A stretch of DNA of 64,000 nt from Sedimentisphaerales bacterium (GCA_963663805.2 CAXXMR010000009.1:448001-512000); one strand, 5' to 3'. Shown: positions 34,276 through 45,587, numbered from the stretch's first letter. Notes: generated by a model not told the origin, from the sequence alone. Numbers and translations: made by a program.

Positions 34276-35232
34276 CTACGACACCTTTCTCAGGGCTTTG
34301 CGGGCCTGACGGGCGGCATCGAGTTTGGCTTCCCGGGCGGCCAGAATCGTTTCGGCCCGGCCGGCAAGTTTATCGTTGGGCGTAATATATCCAATCGCAC
34401 TGTGTAGCCGCTGGTCATTGTAATGCCTCACAAAATCAGCCACCAGGCGACACGCATCATCCCGCGACAATGGCGTATGAACTCGAATACAGGTACCCTT
34501 GATCGTTTTGTGATAGCGTTCGAGTTTTCCGTTGCTCTGCGGATAATACGGCGAGGTCTTGACATGTGTCATACCGCTGAGCCGAATAAACTCTTTGAAG
34601 TCCTTCGAGATAAACTGCGGGCCGTTGTCCGAGATTATCCGCGGTCGAGCCTCGGGGAATTTCTCACGGGCATGCTGAAGAATAATTTCCACCTCCGCCT
34701 CCGTCATCGACTCCTTGATATCCCAATGCACGAGGTATCGGCTAAAACCGTCCAGAATGGAACACATGTAGTAAAAGGTGCCGCAGATATTAATGTACGA
34801 AATGTCGATATGCCAGTGTTCATGCGGTTTTAAGGGCTGAGCGAAGCCACTGCCTTTTTTGGAGGGTTTGCCGTTGAAGCGTTGCAGCAAATCCGCCTTT
34901 GACAACACTCGATAAACGCTGGCAGGACTCACCGCGACAATATCCTCATCCATCATCATATAAGTCAGCCGCCGATAGCCTTCCCGCGGATGATCCGCAT
35001 GATAGGCGATGATCGACTGTGTTTCGACATCGGTGAGCCAGAAGTCACGAGGAATCCAGCCGTTGTGCTCGTTGACCTTGCCATAACGTTTCTGCCAGTC
35101 ATAAAACTTGCTGCGAGAAATGCCCATCCAGTTTATCATTGTCGCGGCCTTCACTTCCGTTTTATCCGTCCATTTGCGCACATAATCAACGACTTCATCC
35201 CGAACATCCGGTTCCGCCCAGGCGTCTTTCAA
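34276..35232 (-). CDS. IS3 transposase OrfB (DDE/rve integrase core)
   Basis: WHIDISY, IISDNGPQF, PQSNGKLERYH, YNDQRLHSAIGYITP. Confidence 0.95.
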   Translation of the reverse strand: MKDAWAEPDVRDEVVDYVRKWTDKTEVKAATMINWMGISRSKFYDWQKRYGKVNEHNGWIPRDFWLTDVETQSIIAYHADHPREGYRRLTYMMMDEDIVAVSPASVYRVLSKADLLQRFNGKPSKKGSGFAQPLKPHEHWHIDISYINICGTFYYMCSILDGFSRYLVHWDIKESMTEAEVEIILQHAREKFPEARPRIISDNGPQFISKDFKEFIRLSGMTHVKTSPYYPQSNGKLERYHKTIKGTCIRVHTPLSRDDACRLVADFVRHYNDQRLHSAIGYITPNDKLAGRAETILAAREAKLDAARQARKALRKVS

Positions 35233-35537
35233 CCCGGACCATGCTTTTTTTTTAAGTCGATGTTATGCTCAACCAGCTCGGCGATGACCTCATCTTTTTT
35301 GACCAGCTTTTTGTCGAGTTTTTTGATCAGGTTTTCCAGTTCATACTCCCGGCCGACCTTTTTGGGTTCAAAGGCCGTGGCTCCATTTTCAAAAAACAGC
35401 TTCTGCCACTGGTAAAACTGGGTCGGAGCGATGCCGTACTGCTGGCAAACCTCCGACAAAGGCCGCTTCTCCAGAAGATGCTCCCGAATAATCCTTACCT
35501 TCTCCACCGCCTCAAACCGCCTACGCTCCTGTTTCAT
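35229..35537 (-). CDS. IS3 transposase OrfA (HTH), fused to OrfB by -1 programmed frameshift
   Basis: HTH_Tnp_1-like sequence; slippery TTA AAA AAA AAG at ~35244-35255, with OrfB in the -1 frame (KAWSGLKDAW). Confidence 0.92.
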   Translation of the reverse strand: MKQERRRFEAVEKVRIIREHLLEKRPLSEVCQQYGIAPTQFYQWQKLFFENGATAFEPKKVGREYELENLIKKLDKKLVKKDEVIAELVEHNIDLKKKHGPG

Positions 35538-35639
35538 AACAAATCCCTTTCAAAAATATACATAAAGAATAGCAACTTTAAAGGATTTGTCCATTTCCAA
35601 CTGAGGCAATACAAAACCGTCTTCCCTGATATTTTCCGC

Positions 35640-36053
35640 TTATTTCTTGTATACCTCGTTGGGGTCATATACCGGCTCAGCCACGAATTCCAGTTCGCTG
35701 CTGCTGCCGGGCAGAACCCGTCGATAGAAACAAGACTGATAACCTACGTGGCATTGTCCCTGGTCAACTTCGACCTTCAGAATCAGGCAGTCCTGGTCAC
35801 AATCCACCAGGATTTGCTTTACCAGCTGAACATGTCCGGACTCCTCGCCCTTGGCCCATAACTTCTTACGTGACCGGCTGTAATATACGGCACGGCCTCG
35901 CTCAATTGTCAATGCGAGCGACTCATCGTTCATATATGCCACCATTAGCACTTGACCGGTCTGGGCATCCTGTGCGATTGCCGGAATCAAACCGTCCGCG
36001 TCAAATTTAGGTTTAAATTCTTTGCCGATTTCAATTTCTTTGGGTGCGCCCAT
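35640..36053 (-). CDS. hisI: Phosphoribosyl-AMP cyclohydrolase
   Basis: [34 protein letters not shown]. Confidence 0.95.
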   Translation of the reverse strand: MGAPKEIEIGKEFKPKFDADGLIPAIAQDAQTGQVLMVAYMNDESLALTIERGRAVYYSRSRKKLWAKGEESGHVQLVKQILVDCDQDCLILKVEVDQGQCHVGYQSCFYRRVLPGSSSELEFVAEPVYDPNEVYKK

Positions 36054-36386
36054 TTAGCTGCTCCATTCTTGATTTCAACTACCGCTGGAAATATCCGGTT
36101 TCCAACGCGACAGCCGTCTAACACGTCTGCCTTATACCAAACGAAATCGCCAGTATAGCCGTTCCGAATATCAAAACAACCCCACTTTTTTCAAAGAAAC
36201 ATCCCGCGGATAACTCAAACCCTTCTCGGAAATACATTTTTATAGGACCTCGCCAGCGGGGGACACTCAATATCAACTCAAAAAACCGACATAAATCATG
36301 TCTCCCTTCAGTCTTATGCGAATTATCCCGAAATCCAGAGTAGGTGAGTTGCAGGGATATTTGCGGGTTGGACACGAGGTATTGGT

Positions 36387-37633
36387 ATGGAAATTATACA
36401 AATTGAAAATCTGTTGCAGGAATGTAATTTCGATGAGCTCCAGGCGGTCGAAAACATCGTCGAGGATATGATTCATTCAATCGAACCGCAAATTGCCTCG
36501 GAAATACCCGCTCTTGCCAAGGAGCAACGTGCCGAAAAGCGTTTTCAGAGCAACTCCCTGGCCACGATTTCCCGGACAATAGACGTAAAGCCTGGAGAGA
36601 GAAGGACTTACACCGCGAACATTCTTGATCTTTCCCGCAGCGGCATGCGTCTCAAGGTCGATACCAATTTCATACCCTCCCGCCTGCTCGAAATAACTTT
36701 CGCGGCGCCGGGTGGGAAAATGAAGCGTAGTTTCCTCGAAATCGTTCGTCTTCGTAAAATGGCAGATCCCGACAATACCTGGCTCGAAGTGGGCTGCCGC
36801 GGCATGGACCCGGAAAAAGTACGTCGTCTCCAGATGCAGGATGAACGGATTGCCAGAATGCGGAGCAAACTTCACACGAAGTGGGGGCTGCTGCTGCTGG
36901 TTGTCGGCCCCGACTGCGATGCGGTTAATTTTGTTACAACCCGCATCAAACGGGCGGGTTTCCAGGCCCAGCACCTCTCCACCGTACATCAGGCTATGCT
37001 CCGGGCGGAAAAACTTTCGGCTCAACTAGTGATTTTCGCTCAGGGTAGGGACCTCTGCAACAATTCTGAAATGCTCGAAGAAGCCCTGGCAGGCCCCAGA
37101 TCTATCACTACGATGGCAATCGTGGAAAATCACGAGCAGCGATTTTCGCTTTATCATGCGGGCATTGATGAATGCCTGCTCCAGGCAGATTGCGACCATT
37201 TTCTTTTCCAGGCTATTGAACGTTCACTGCTTAGCCATGCCTCCCGTTACGACTGTACCCATAGCAACGATACCGCCCAGACTCTGCTTATCAGCAACGA
37301 TTCGCCCACCATCAACCTGGTTGGTTTTCGGCTGGAAGAAAATCACCTTGACTTCAAGGTTCTGTCCACCTGTGAAAAAGCCATCGAGTTTGCGGGCAGT
37401 AACCTAAAAGTAATTTTTCGCACAGTTCGACCCCCGCCAACCCGGAGATTTTAACCGCCTTGACAGCGGCCCACCCCAATGTCCCTATTATCGCTCTTTG
37501 CCCCCAGATTGCCGACGGTCACGCCGCGATGCTCAGCGGAGCCGCCCACTATCTCACTATCCCACCCACCGCCGAAGACATGCGTATGGTACTGCAAAGC
37601 ACCAGCCGGAAAAGCAAAAAAAACCAAGCATAA
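36387..37633 (+). CDS. PilZ-domain protein with receiver-like domains (frameshifted near 37415-37550)
   Basis: QRAEKR and DLSRSG c-di-GMP motifs. Corrected tail reads ...PNVPIIALC...AMLSGAAHYLTIPPT... to TAA at 37631-37633. Confidence 0.7.
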
Positions 37634-37745
37634 TATTGAGACCCAGGATGCAACCTCAGGATGAATTTGAAAAAGTACTGGAGTTTTGTAAAGTGATATT
37701 TCAATGGACCGTGGACCGTTGAAACTAACCTATAGGGGTAACTGG

Positions 37746-39765
37746 ATGATTACTTTTGTTCAAAAAATACTGAAACTTAATTATTTTCTCCCACTCTGTC
37801 TGGCCGTCCTGCTCCTGCTGAATTTTTCTATACTGGCTATCTACATCCATCATCAGCATTTGGTCAGCCAGGAGATACTTGAACACCCGGACCTGGCTAA
37901 ATCACTTACCGCCCCTCATTTTTTTTCGTTCATACTGCCGATTTTTGCGGGAATTCTCGCTATCGTTCTAAGCGTTTTTGTTCATCGCCACATTTCCGGA
38001 ATCACTCACCGACTCGCGCGTGAAAACCATAAACTCAATCTCCAAATTGCCGAGACCGGTCGAGCCGAAAACGTTGCTCAGAAAAGTCTGGAATTTCTCA
38101 ATACGGTCATTGAATCCCTTACTCATCCCTTTGTGGTCATCGACGCCAAAGACTTTCACGTCAAAATCGCTAACCAGGCAGCCCTGAAAACCGGCTCACT
38201 GGCCCCGGCGACCTGTCATCTGCTCTTTCATGACTCCGAAGAACCCTGTCAAGCAGAAGGGGGGCACTGTCCCGTAAAAATTGTCACCCAGACCCAGCAG
38301 CCCGCCGTCATTGAACACACTCACTTCGACAGAGACGGCAATCCCATCGTGGTCCGTGTTTTTGCCTACCCGATTTTCGATGAAGACGGCAGCATCAATC
38401 AGGTCATCGAATACACCGTCGATATTACCGAGCTCCGGCAGCACGAAAACGAGCTGCTCCAGGCCAACCAGAAAGCCGAAAAAGCTCTACATAAACTTGA
38501 GCAAACTAATTGCGAGCTTCAGTCTTCCATCGAATGTGCCCAGCTCATGACCCGCGAAGCCCAAATCGCCAATCAAGCCAAGAGTGAATTTCTGGCTAAC
38601 ATGAGTCACGAAATCCGCACCCCGCTCAATAGTATCATAGGTTTTTCCGAACTGCTCCAGACCGAAAAACTCTCCCCGCAAATCCTAGAATATATCGAAA
38701 CCATCAACCATTGCGGTCACTCACTGCTTTCGATCGTCAGCGACATCCTCGATTTTTCTCTCGCTGAGGCTGAGTCACTCCACATTGACTATTACGAAAC
38801 ATCCCTCATTGAATCCCTGAACACCATTTACAAAATCATGCATCCGCACGCCGTGGACAAAAAAAATCGATTTCAAAATCGAATACCTCACCCCCATCCC
38901 GCAATCGGTCAAAACCGACCATGTCAGACTGCGTCAATGCCTCAGCAACCTGGTCAACAACGCGATCAAATTCACTCATGAAGGACATGTCATACTGAAG
39001 GTCGCCTTCAACAGTGATTTACAAAACCCCGCCCTCCGGTTTGAAATCGAAGATACCGGCATAGGCATTGCTCCCGAAAATCAAAATAAAATTTTTGAGG
39101 CATTCACCCAGGTAGACGGCAGCGCCTCCCGAAGATATGGCGGGACCGGGCTGGGACTGGCCATCAGCAGAAGACTTGCCCAGTCGCTCAAAGGAGAAAT
39201 TACCCTCGAAAGCGGGGACCAACAGGGCACGACTTTTACCCTGAAACTGCCATTGCAGGATTATAATACTGACACTCCCCTTATATATCCACGCGCCGCC
39301 CAACAGGCAGTGCCCCAGCAGGAACTGTCTGCCAAAAAGAAAAAACATATACTCGTCGTCGAAGACAACCCCAACACCCAGAAACTGGCCTGTGCTATTC
39401 TTAAACGTCATGGCTATATGTCAACGGTGGCCGCCGATGGCGAAAAGGCCGTCAAAGCCCTCCTGGAAGAAGATTATGACCTGGTATTAATGGACATGCA
39501 AATGCCAGTACTCGACGGATACCAGGCCACTAAAAAGATCAGGGCCTTTAATACCGATGTTCCCATTGTCGCGGTAACGGCGCACGCCCTTAGCAATGAC
39601 CGACACAAATGCCTGAAGGCCGGCTGTGACGATTATATCGCCAAGCCGTTCGACCAGGAATCGCTTATGGCCATTATAAAAAACAATCTTGACAAAAAAA
39701 ATCCCCCGGCAGAAAAACCCACCCCTTCACTGCTCGGTGCTGCGTTCCTGGGCCTTGCGGATTAA
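37746..39765 (+). CDS. Membrane-bound PAS hybrid sensor histidine kinase/response regulator (one frameshift in the A-run at ~38859-38866)
   Basis: FLANMSHEIRTPLN H-box. After the shift: NLVNNAIKFT, DTGIGI, GGTGLGL; REC domain LMDMQMPVLDG...KP. Confidence 0.88.
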
Positions 39766-40005
39766 ATCGAAAATACTAACCATCTTATCACGCGGCGGCG
39801 CGGTAATTCGGGCCAACTCGTTTTCGCTGTAATGGTCCCGCATAAAAGATTCTATATCGAATATTTCGAACCAGCAGTCAAAAATTTTGCGACAGGGCAA
39901 AGGTTCACCCTCTGCCCCGCCGCATATCCGACAATAGTCAAAATTAACTTCATGGCCCAGCATTCGACACCGAATGCTGCGTCCGTCATGTTGGTCAATA
40001 CTCAA
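39727..40005 (-). CDS. Small Cys-rich conserved hypothetical protein
   Basis: CRMLGHEVNFDYCR...LPCRKIFDCW; 7 bp downstream of trpB2. Confidence 0.65.
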   Translation of the reverse strand: MSIDQHDGRSIRCRMLGHEVNFDYCRICGGAEGEPLPCRKIFDCWFEIFDIESFMRDHYSENELARITAPPRDKMVSIFDLIRKAQERSTEQ

Positions 40006-40012
40006 AATTCTA

Positions 40013-41416
40013 TTACCACTTTCCGCTCTTAACCGCCGGCGGTTTCGGCAGGCCTTCCAAAGCCTTCAACGAACGGTCCATATCTTCCTGCGGCAGCGGA
40101 TAGTCATGCAGGCGACCTTCCATGTAGGCCTGATAGCCGGTCAGGTCCATCAAACCATGGCCGCTCCAGTTGAAGATGATAACCTTTTCTTTGCCTTCTT
40201 CCTTGGCCTGTTTTGCTTCCCGAATTGTCGCGGCGATTGCGTGTGAAGTCTCCGGGGCACTAATGAATCCTTCGGTGCGAGCCCAGAGCATGGCTGCTTC
40301 ATAACATTCAATCTGATGCAATGCCAGCGGTTCCAGCAAACCTTCTACGGCTGCCTGAGACACCAGCGGAGCCATACCGTGATAGCGTAAACCACCGGCG
40401 TGAATAGCGGGCGGCACAAAATCATGCCCCAACGAATGCATGGGCAGTAACGGCGTCATTTTTGCGGTATCGCCGTGGTCATAACAGAACGGAGCCCGTG
40501 TCAGCGTGGGACAGGAGGTTGGCTCTACCGGAATAACCCGAATATTAGCACCGGCGATTTTATCTGCCAGGAACGGGAACGAAAGGCCCGCGAAATTACT
40601 TCCACCGCCGGCACATCCGATTACCACGTCAGCCTGCTTTTCGCCGAACATCGCCAGCTGCTTTTTCGCCTCCAGACCAATGATAGACTGATGCAGCATA
40701 ACATGATTCAAAACACTGCCCAAAGCGTAACGAGTCTCGCCTTTGGGGTCTGTTACCGCTGCTTCGATAGCTTCACTAATGGCGATACCCAGACTGCCGG
40801 GCGTATCGGGCATTTTTTCCAGAATCGCCCGGCCCGCCTGAGTTGTCTCACTCGGACTGGGTATGCACTTGCCGCCCCAGGTCTCCATCATCAGCCGCCG
40901 GAAAGGTTTCTGGTCGAAACTGATACGAACCATATAAACCTTGCACTCCAGCCCGATTAAGGCACAGGCAAAACTCAGGGCACTGCCCCATTGACCTGCT
41001 CCAGTCTCGGTCGTCAGTTTCTTAATTCCAAATTGCTTGTTATACCAAGCCTGAGCCACTGCCGTATTGGGCTTGTGACTGCCAGCTGGGCTCACACCTT
41101 CGTTCTTATAGTAAATTCGGGCGGGGGTGTCCAAAGCCTTTTCCAGACCGCGGGCACGATACAAAGGAGAGGGCCGCCACTTATACAAAATTTCAAGAAT
41201 TTCTTCCGGAATATCAATCCAGCGTTCCTGCGAAACTTCCTGCTCAATCAGGTTCATCGGGAAAACCGGTGCCAGCATATCAGGCGTTACCGGATTTCCG
41301 TCCGGCCCGAGAGGCGGCTGCATGGGACTGGGCAAATCAGCTGCTAGATTGTACCATTGTTTGGGAATGTCTTTTTCCGTCAGAAAGACCTTTGTAGTCA
41401 TATTATTTTGCTCCAA
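40013..41416 (-). CDS. trpB2: TrpB-like PLP enzyme (tryptophan synthase beta, type 2)
   Basis: [37 protein letters not shown]. Confidence 0.93.
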   Translation of the reverse strand: MEQNNMTTKVFLTEKDIPKQWYNLAADLPSPMQPPLGPDGNPVTPDMLAPVFPMNLIEQEVSQERWIDIPEEILEILYKWRPSPLYRARGLEKALDTPARIYYKNEGVSPAGSHKPNTAVAQAWYNKQFGIKKLTTETGAGQWGSALSFACALIGLECKVYMVRISFDQKPFRRLMMETWGGKCIPSPSETTQAGRAILEKMPDTPGSLGIAISEAIEAAVTDPKGETRYALGSVLNHVMLHQSIIGLEAKKQLAMFGEKQADVVIGCAGGGSNFAGLSFPFLADKIAGANIRVIPVEPTSCPTLTRAPFCYDHGDTAKMTPLLPMHSLGHDFVPPAIHAGGLRYHGMAPLVSQAAVEGLLEPLALHQIECYEAAMLWARTEGFISAPETSHAIAATIREAKQAKEEGKEKVIIFNWSGHGLMDLTGYQAYMEGRLHDYPLPQEDMDRSLKALEGLPKPPAVKSGKW

Positions 41417-41445
41417 TTAGAATTAAGTCCACATAAATACTGTAA

Positions 41446-41458
41446 AATCAACATGTTA
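41446..41458 (+). promoter_or_regulatory. IHF-consensus site upstream of trpB2
   Basis: AATCAACATGTTA matches WATCAANNNNTTR. Confidence 0.35.
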
Positions 41459-41687
41459 TGCCGACAAGCAGTTTTGTCGCAGGCAACGACCGCGCCGGTT
41501 AGGGCAGGGTTTCAATGCTCGATGATTTTTACCGAATCGGAAACCACCATATCGACAAGACCTTATTCTAGCAGTAAGTTACATCTCCGCCAAACAAAAA
41601 ATCAACTCAAAAAACGTAGGGGGGGGTACATTAAAAACAGTTTTGGGTAGTTCTATCCCGGTGCTGGCGTTTCGGGCTTTTGTTTGG

Positions 41688-43157
41688 TCAACGCTTCTTT
41701 GCGTTGGGATTAGCCGTGGGCATTTTCCCATCAACATCTTTGAGCCATTTATGCAGCATGGCGTAAAGCTCATCCGCCAACTCTGGATGTTTATCTATAA
41801 CATTGTGCTGCTCGCCAATATCATTTTTCAGATTGAACAGTTCGCGTCGGTTGTCCTCATACCAGACAATCAGCTTCCAGTCGCCCCGCCTTATCGCTGA
41901 GCCCGGTGAACCGCCCTGATTGCCGTAATGGGGATAATGCCAGAACAGCGGTCCGCGGTCCATTTTTTTGCCCTTCAAGAGCGGCAGCCAGCTTATGCCG
42001 TCCTTATGCTGTTCGGGTCGCGATTTGAGGCCTGCCATCTCCAGCATGGTTGGATAAAAATCGGTACTCGTTACGGGCACATCACAAACACTGCCAGCCT
42101 TTACCACTCCCGGCCATTTCACCATCATGGGTTCGCGGATACCGCCTTCATAGAGCCATCCTTTGCCAGCCCGCAGAGGCAGATTAGAGGTTGGTTTATT
42201 TCGGGTCGTCGCCAGCCCGCCGTTATCGGACATAAAGAAAACTATCGTGTCGTTTTCGTGCCCCGACTCCCGCAAAGCGTCCAGCACCCGTCCACACGCG
42301 GTGTCCATTGCTTCTACCATGCCGGCATAGACCGGAAGTTCCTGCACCTGTCGAATATCTTCTGCTCCCTCCTTGCCGAATTTGGCTTCCAGGGCCAGTT
42401 TCTCACGCTTCTGCTCATATTTTTTTTGCAGTTCCTTACGCGTCATCAGCGGCGTATGCACCGAGTAGAAGGAAAGGTACGCCAGGAACGGACTGCCTTT
42501 ATGTCCCTTAATAAACTTAACCGTTTCTTCAGCCAGGCGTTCGGGCAGATACTCACCTTCTTCCCCATCGGCCAGCCGGGGATTATCGTAAGGCGTAAAA
42601 TATTTACCCCGGCCCTTGGGGGCTCCATCCTTCCAGCCGCCTTTGTTGGTGTCGAAACCCTGCTGTTCAGGCCAAAATTCCGCGGTCTCGCCCAGATGCC
42701 ACTTGCCCGCGAAAAACGTTGTATAGTCCGCCTCTTTAAGGGCCTCGGCTACCGTCACCTCTTCCAGCGGCATTCTGTCAAGATAACGTGCCGGCAGCAG
42801 CGGCTTGTCGCGATGCCGTTTGTCTTCCCCCACATTATCGGGCTGGGGCGCACCGAACCAGTCAGTCGTATCCATTCGCGCCGGATATTTGCCGGCCATG
42901 ATACTCGCCCGGGTCGGCGAACAAACCGGACAGGCAGCGTAAGCATCTGTGAATTTCATCGATTGACCGCATAAACGGTCCAGATTGGGCGTCTCATAAA
43001 AACTGGAATTGAAACACCCCAGATCGGTCCAGCCTAAATCATCCACGAGAATGAACAGGAAATTTGGTTTCCTGGCTGCCTCGACCGCTTTTAACCAGCC
43101 CCCCACACCCAATACTGCCGCGGCACCTGCCGCCTTCATGAAATTGCGTCTGTTCAT
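41688..43157 (-). CDS. Tat-exported formylglycine-dependent sulfatase (S1)
   Basis: MNRRNFMK Tat leader; DDLG, CSPTRASI, GKWHLG, SDNGG. Confidence 0.95.
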   Translation of the reverse strand: MNRRNFMKAAGAAAVLGVGGWLKAVEAARKPNFLFILVDDLGWTDLGCFNSSFYETPNLDRLCGQSMKFTDAYAACPVCSPTRASIMAGKYPARMDTTDWFGAPQPDNVGEDKRHRDKPLLPARYLDRMPLEEVTVAEALKEADYTTFFAGKWHLGETAEFWPEQQGFDTNKGGWKDGAPKGRGKYFTPYDNPRLADGEEGEYLPERLAEETVKFIKGHKGSPFLAYLSFYSVHTPLMTRKELQKKYEQKREKLALEAKFGKEGAEDIRQVQELPVYAGMVEAMDTACGRVLDALRESGHENDTIVFFMSDNGGLATTRNKPTSNLPLRAGKGWLYEGGIREPMMVKWPGVVKAGSVCDVPVTSTDFYPTMLEMAGLKSRPEQHKDGISWLPLLKGKKMDRGPLFWHYPHYGNQGGSPGSAIRRGDWKLIVWYEDNRRELFNLKNDIGEQHNVIDKHPELADELYAMLHKWLKDVDGKMPTANPNAKKR

Positions 43158-43188
43158 TGCTCATCTCCTGTGGATAATAATCCTTTGC

Positions 43189-44379
43189 CTATTTCAATCG
43201 CTTCAGTTCATCCTCACACATCTGCCGTTGCGAATCGTTGGTAAGTTTTTGCAGTGCTGCTTCGAGATTTTTCCGGGCGGGCTCTTTCTGTCCCAGATAG
43301 CGGCTGTACAAAAGTCCCAGCATTAACTGCACCTGCTCCAGGAACGGGTAGTTGTCGTAATGCTCCAGAAATGTTTCGTAGGCCTGGGCTGCCTCGGTGT
43401 GGCTGCCCTCGTGCATCAGTTGATTGGCGATGTCCAACAGAGGTTGTTGCGGCAAGACCTGTTTGGGGTCGGCCTTTATTAAATGCAGGTACAGGCCAGC
43501 GGCGTCTGATGCTTTGCCTTTGTTGATAAGCTCGAAAATTTCCGCGCGAATCTTCATCTGCGTTTCGGTTACTTCGGGCTGAACATCTCTAACCGAAGAT
43601 TCGACCTTACGTCTTCCCGCCGGGGCCTTATCGTAGGGATTGAAACCTTCCTGCACCAAATGCCGGTAAGTCTGCCGTCTTCGCCAGCGCTGCACCAGTG
43701 CCCACAAATCGAAATGACTACGCGGCAGCACACCTATCGCCAGCATAAACATCGGTAACGCAACACCATAAATATAGCCTGCAACATGAGCGGTATAAGC
43801 GACATTGCTCGTGCCGGTCCTCAGATTCGGCTCGATCATATTATCCCAGATAAACAGTTTGAACAGGATAAAGTAGAACGCCGAAACCTCCATCGTGCCG
43901 ATAAAGAAAAGCCAATACAGCACATGTACCGACGTCAGCGGGAACAGCACCATATACGCCCCGGTAACCGCGGCGACCGCCCCGGAAGCCCCCAGTACCG
44001 AAGTGCCGCCCAGATAAACGTGCCCAATCCCTGAAAAGACCGCGCCGCCCAGATAGAACAGGGCATAACCGACATTACCGAGCTTGTCATTTACATTATT
44101 GCCGAAAATGTACAAAAACAGCATATTTCCCAGCACATGCCCCCAGCTGCCGTGCAGAAATGCGTAGGTGATGAACTGATACAGCATCGGCATGCCCGGA
44201 TGCAGGACAAATTTATCAAAATCCTCCCGCACGGGTGAACCGGCCGGCATATTCAGATATTTAAGCGAAAATACGAATATCACCAGATTGATAGCGATAA
44301 AAGCATAATTGACTATTGGGGTCCGCCGAATCGGGTTGTCGGTGCCTATAGGGATTATCATATCTGCCTTCCATTGCAA
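43189..44379 (-). CDS. Rhomboid intramembrane serine protease with C-terminal TPR-like region
   Basis: HGSWGHVLGNM, GASGA, AHVAG; helical TPR-like tail. Confidence 0.9.
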   Translation of the reverse strand: MQWKADMIIPIGTDNPIRRTPIVNYAFIAINLVIFVFSLKYLNMPAGSPVREDFDKFVLHPGMPMLYQFITYAFLHGSWGHVLGNMLFLYIFGNNVNDKLGNVGYALFYLGGAVFSGIGHVYLGGTSVLGASGAVAAVTGAYMVLFPLTSVHVLYWLFFIGTMEVSAFYFILFKLFIWDNMIEPNLRTGTSNVAYTAHVAGYIYGVALPMFMLAIGVLPRSHFDLWALVQRWRRRQTYRHLVQEGFNPYDKAPAGRRKVESSVRDVQPEVTETQMKIRAEIFELINKGKASDAAGLYLHLIKADPKQVLPQQPLLDIANQLMHEGSHTEAAQAYETFLEHYDNYPFLEQVQLMLGLLYSRYLGQKEPARKNLEAALQKLTNDSQRQMCEDELKRLK

Positions 44380-44489
44380 AAAATCTCTAAATCAATTCTT
44401 CGCAATGTATTGTAACGTCCGCCCCGCTCAGGGCAAGCAGTATCCCAAAACTCTATACACCCAGAAAGATTAGACCATAGACAAATATC

Positions 44490-45503
44490 TCAGCCCCCCT
44501 CCACGACCGCCAACGCCATCGCCTCGATATTCTCGAACGGCACATTCGGCAAAATACATTCATGGCTGGGACTGACCACAAGATTTGGCCCCAACACAGC
44601 CATTACCCGCTTCACATCATCCCTAACCTGACGCGGTGTACCGTTTACCAGTAAATCCTGGGTATCTATCCCGCCGATAAAGGCGACCTTGCCCCCAAAC
44701 TCCGCCCCCAGCTTTTCCGCCTGCATATTGGCGGCTTTGGCCTGAATCGGATGAATGGCCTCCACCCCCAGGCCTATCAAGTCAGGGATAACCTTGTAAA
44801 TCGACCCGCACGAATGGAGCAGAATCTGGTAATCGTATTCATGCCCCACATCTGTCAACTGCTTGAAATACGGGAAGATAAACTCCTTGAACTGGCTGGG
44901 GCCTACCAGTAAATCAAGCTGGGAGCCGAAATCATTTCCGAAAAAGAATCCGTCCATCAAATCTCCCGCGGCCTCGAAAAACCGTCGGCTGGCTTCGATA
45001 TAAAAATCCACCATTCGGGCCGTCGCGGCGTGAACCACATCAGGATGCGTGAACATCTTCATAAAATAGTTTTCCATCCCGAACATGCCCGCGGCCAAGT
45101 GAAAAAACGGACACCAGAGCCCGCTGGCTATATAGTAGGGCCTCATCGTCTCCAGTTCCTTCAAGACCTCCGTAAAGTCAAAATACCTGACATCGGGCCA
45201 AGCGAAATCGTCTATCTCAGCGACACTCTCACAATTTGCGAACCAGCCCTCAGCTGACAAATCATGACTTTTGGGTTTGAAATCCCAAATCGGCAGTCCT
45301 TCCGGATGTTTGTAACACTGGTCGCCAATCTGCAGCCATCGAAAATCATCCCCCAGGCGTACCCTAATCTCCTCAAAATTATCAACCCCCTGACGTTGAT
45401 TATAAATCTTAATAGTGTCAGGATGCGGGTCTCCCAGCCAAAGCCCGCATCGTTCGGCCTTGTCACCGGCGATAATAGCCCTTACTCGCTCTTTACTGCT
45501 CAT
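44490..45503 (-). CDS. Uroporphyrinogen decarboxylase/methyltransferase (UroD/MtaA) family protein
   Basis: MSSKERV start; NDFGSQ, LHSCG, GGIDTQ, SPSH. Confidence 0.88.
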   Translation of the reverse strand: MSSKERVRAIIAGDKAERCGLWLGDPHPDTIKIYNQRQGVDNFEEIRVRLGDDFRWLQIGDQCYKHPEGLPIWDFKPKSHDLSAEGWFANCESVAEIDDFAWPDVRYFDFTEVLKELETMRPYYIASGLWCPFFHLAAGMFGMENYFMKMFTHPDVVHAATARMVDFYIEASRRFFEAAGDLMDGFFFGNDFGSQLDLLVGPSQFKEFIFPYFKQLTDVGHEYDYQILLHSCGSIYKVIPDLIGLGVEAIHPIQAKAANMQAEKLGAEFGGKVAFIGGIDTQDLLVNGTPRQVRDDVKRVMAVLGPNLVVSPSHECILPNVPFENIEAMALAVVEGG

Positions 45504-45587
45504 AATCAACCTCGAATAAAACAATACTATAAAAATTACATATAATTAATTTAACCTTATTCAAGCCCTAGAAAAAGCCTTTTATGC

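Larger units (their letters stand above)
34004..35613 (-). mobile_element. IS3-family insertion sequence, 1610 bp
   Basis: Imperfect terminal IRs TGTATTGGTTCAGCGTGAATTGGACAAAT / TGTATTGCCTCAGTTGGAAATGGACAAAT (5'-TG...CA-3'); orfA plus orfB; no clear target-site duplication. Confidence 0.95.

Noticed and set aside
34013..34276. 87-aa ORF in the IS3 tail as a passenger protein
   Set aside because: It overlaps a promoter, nested stems and the terminal IR and has no recognisable protein features. Better explained as RNA or cis sequence, though not excluded.
41928..42974. 348-aa plus-strand ORF and other long antisense ORFs (e.g. 21677-22372, 57687-58322)
   Set aside because: Shadow ORFs opposite well-supported genes, with no motifs.
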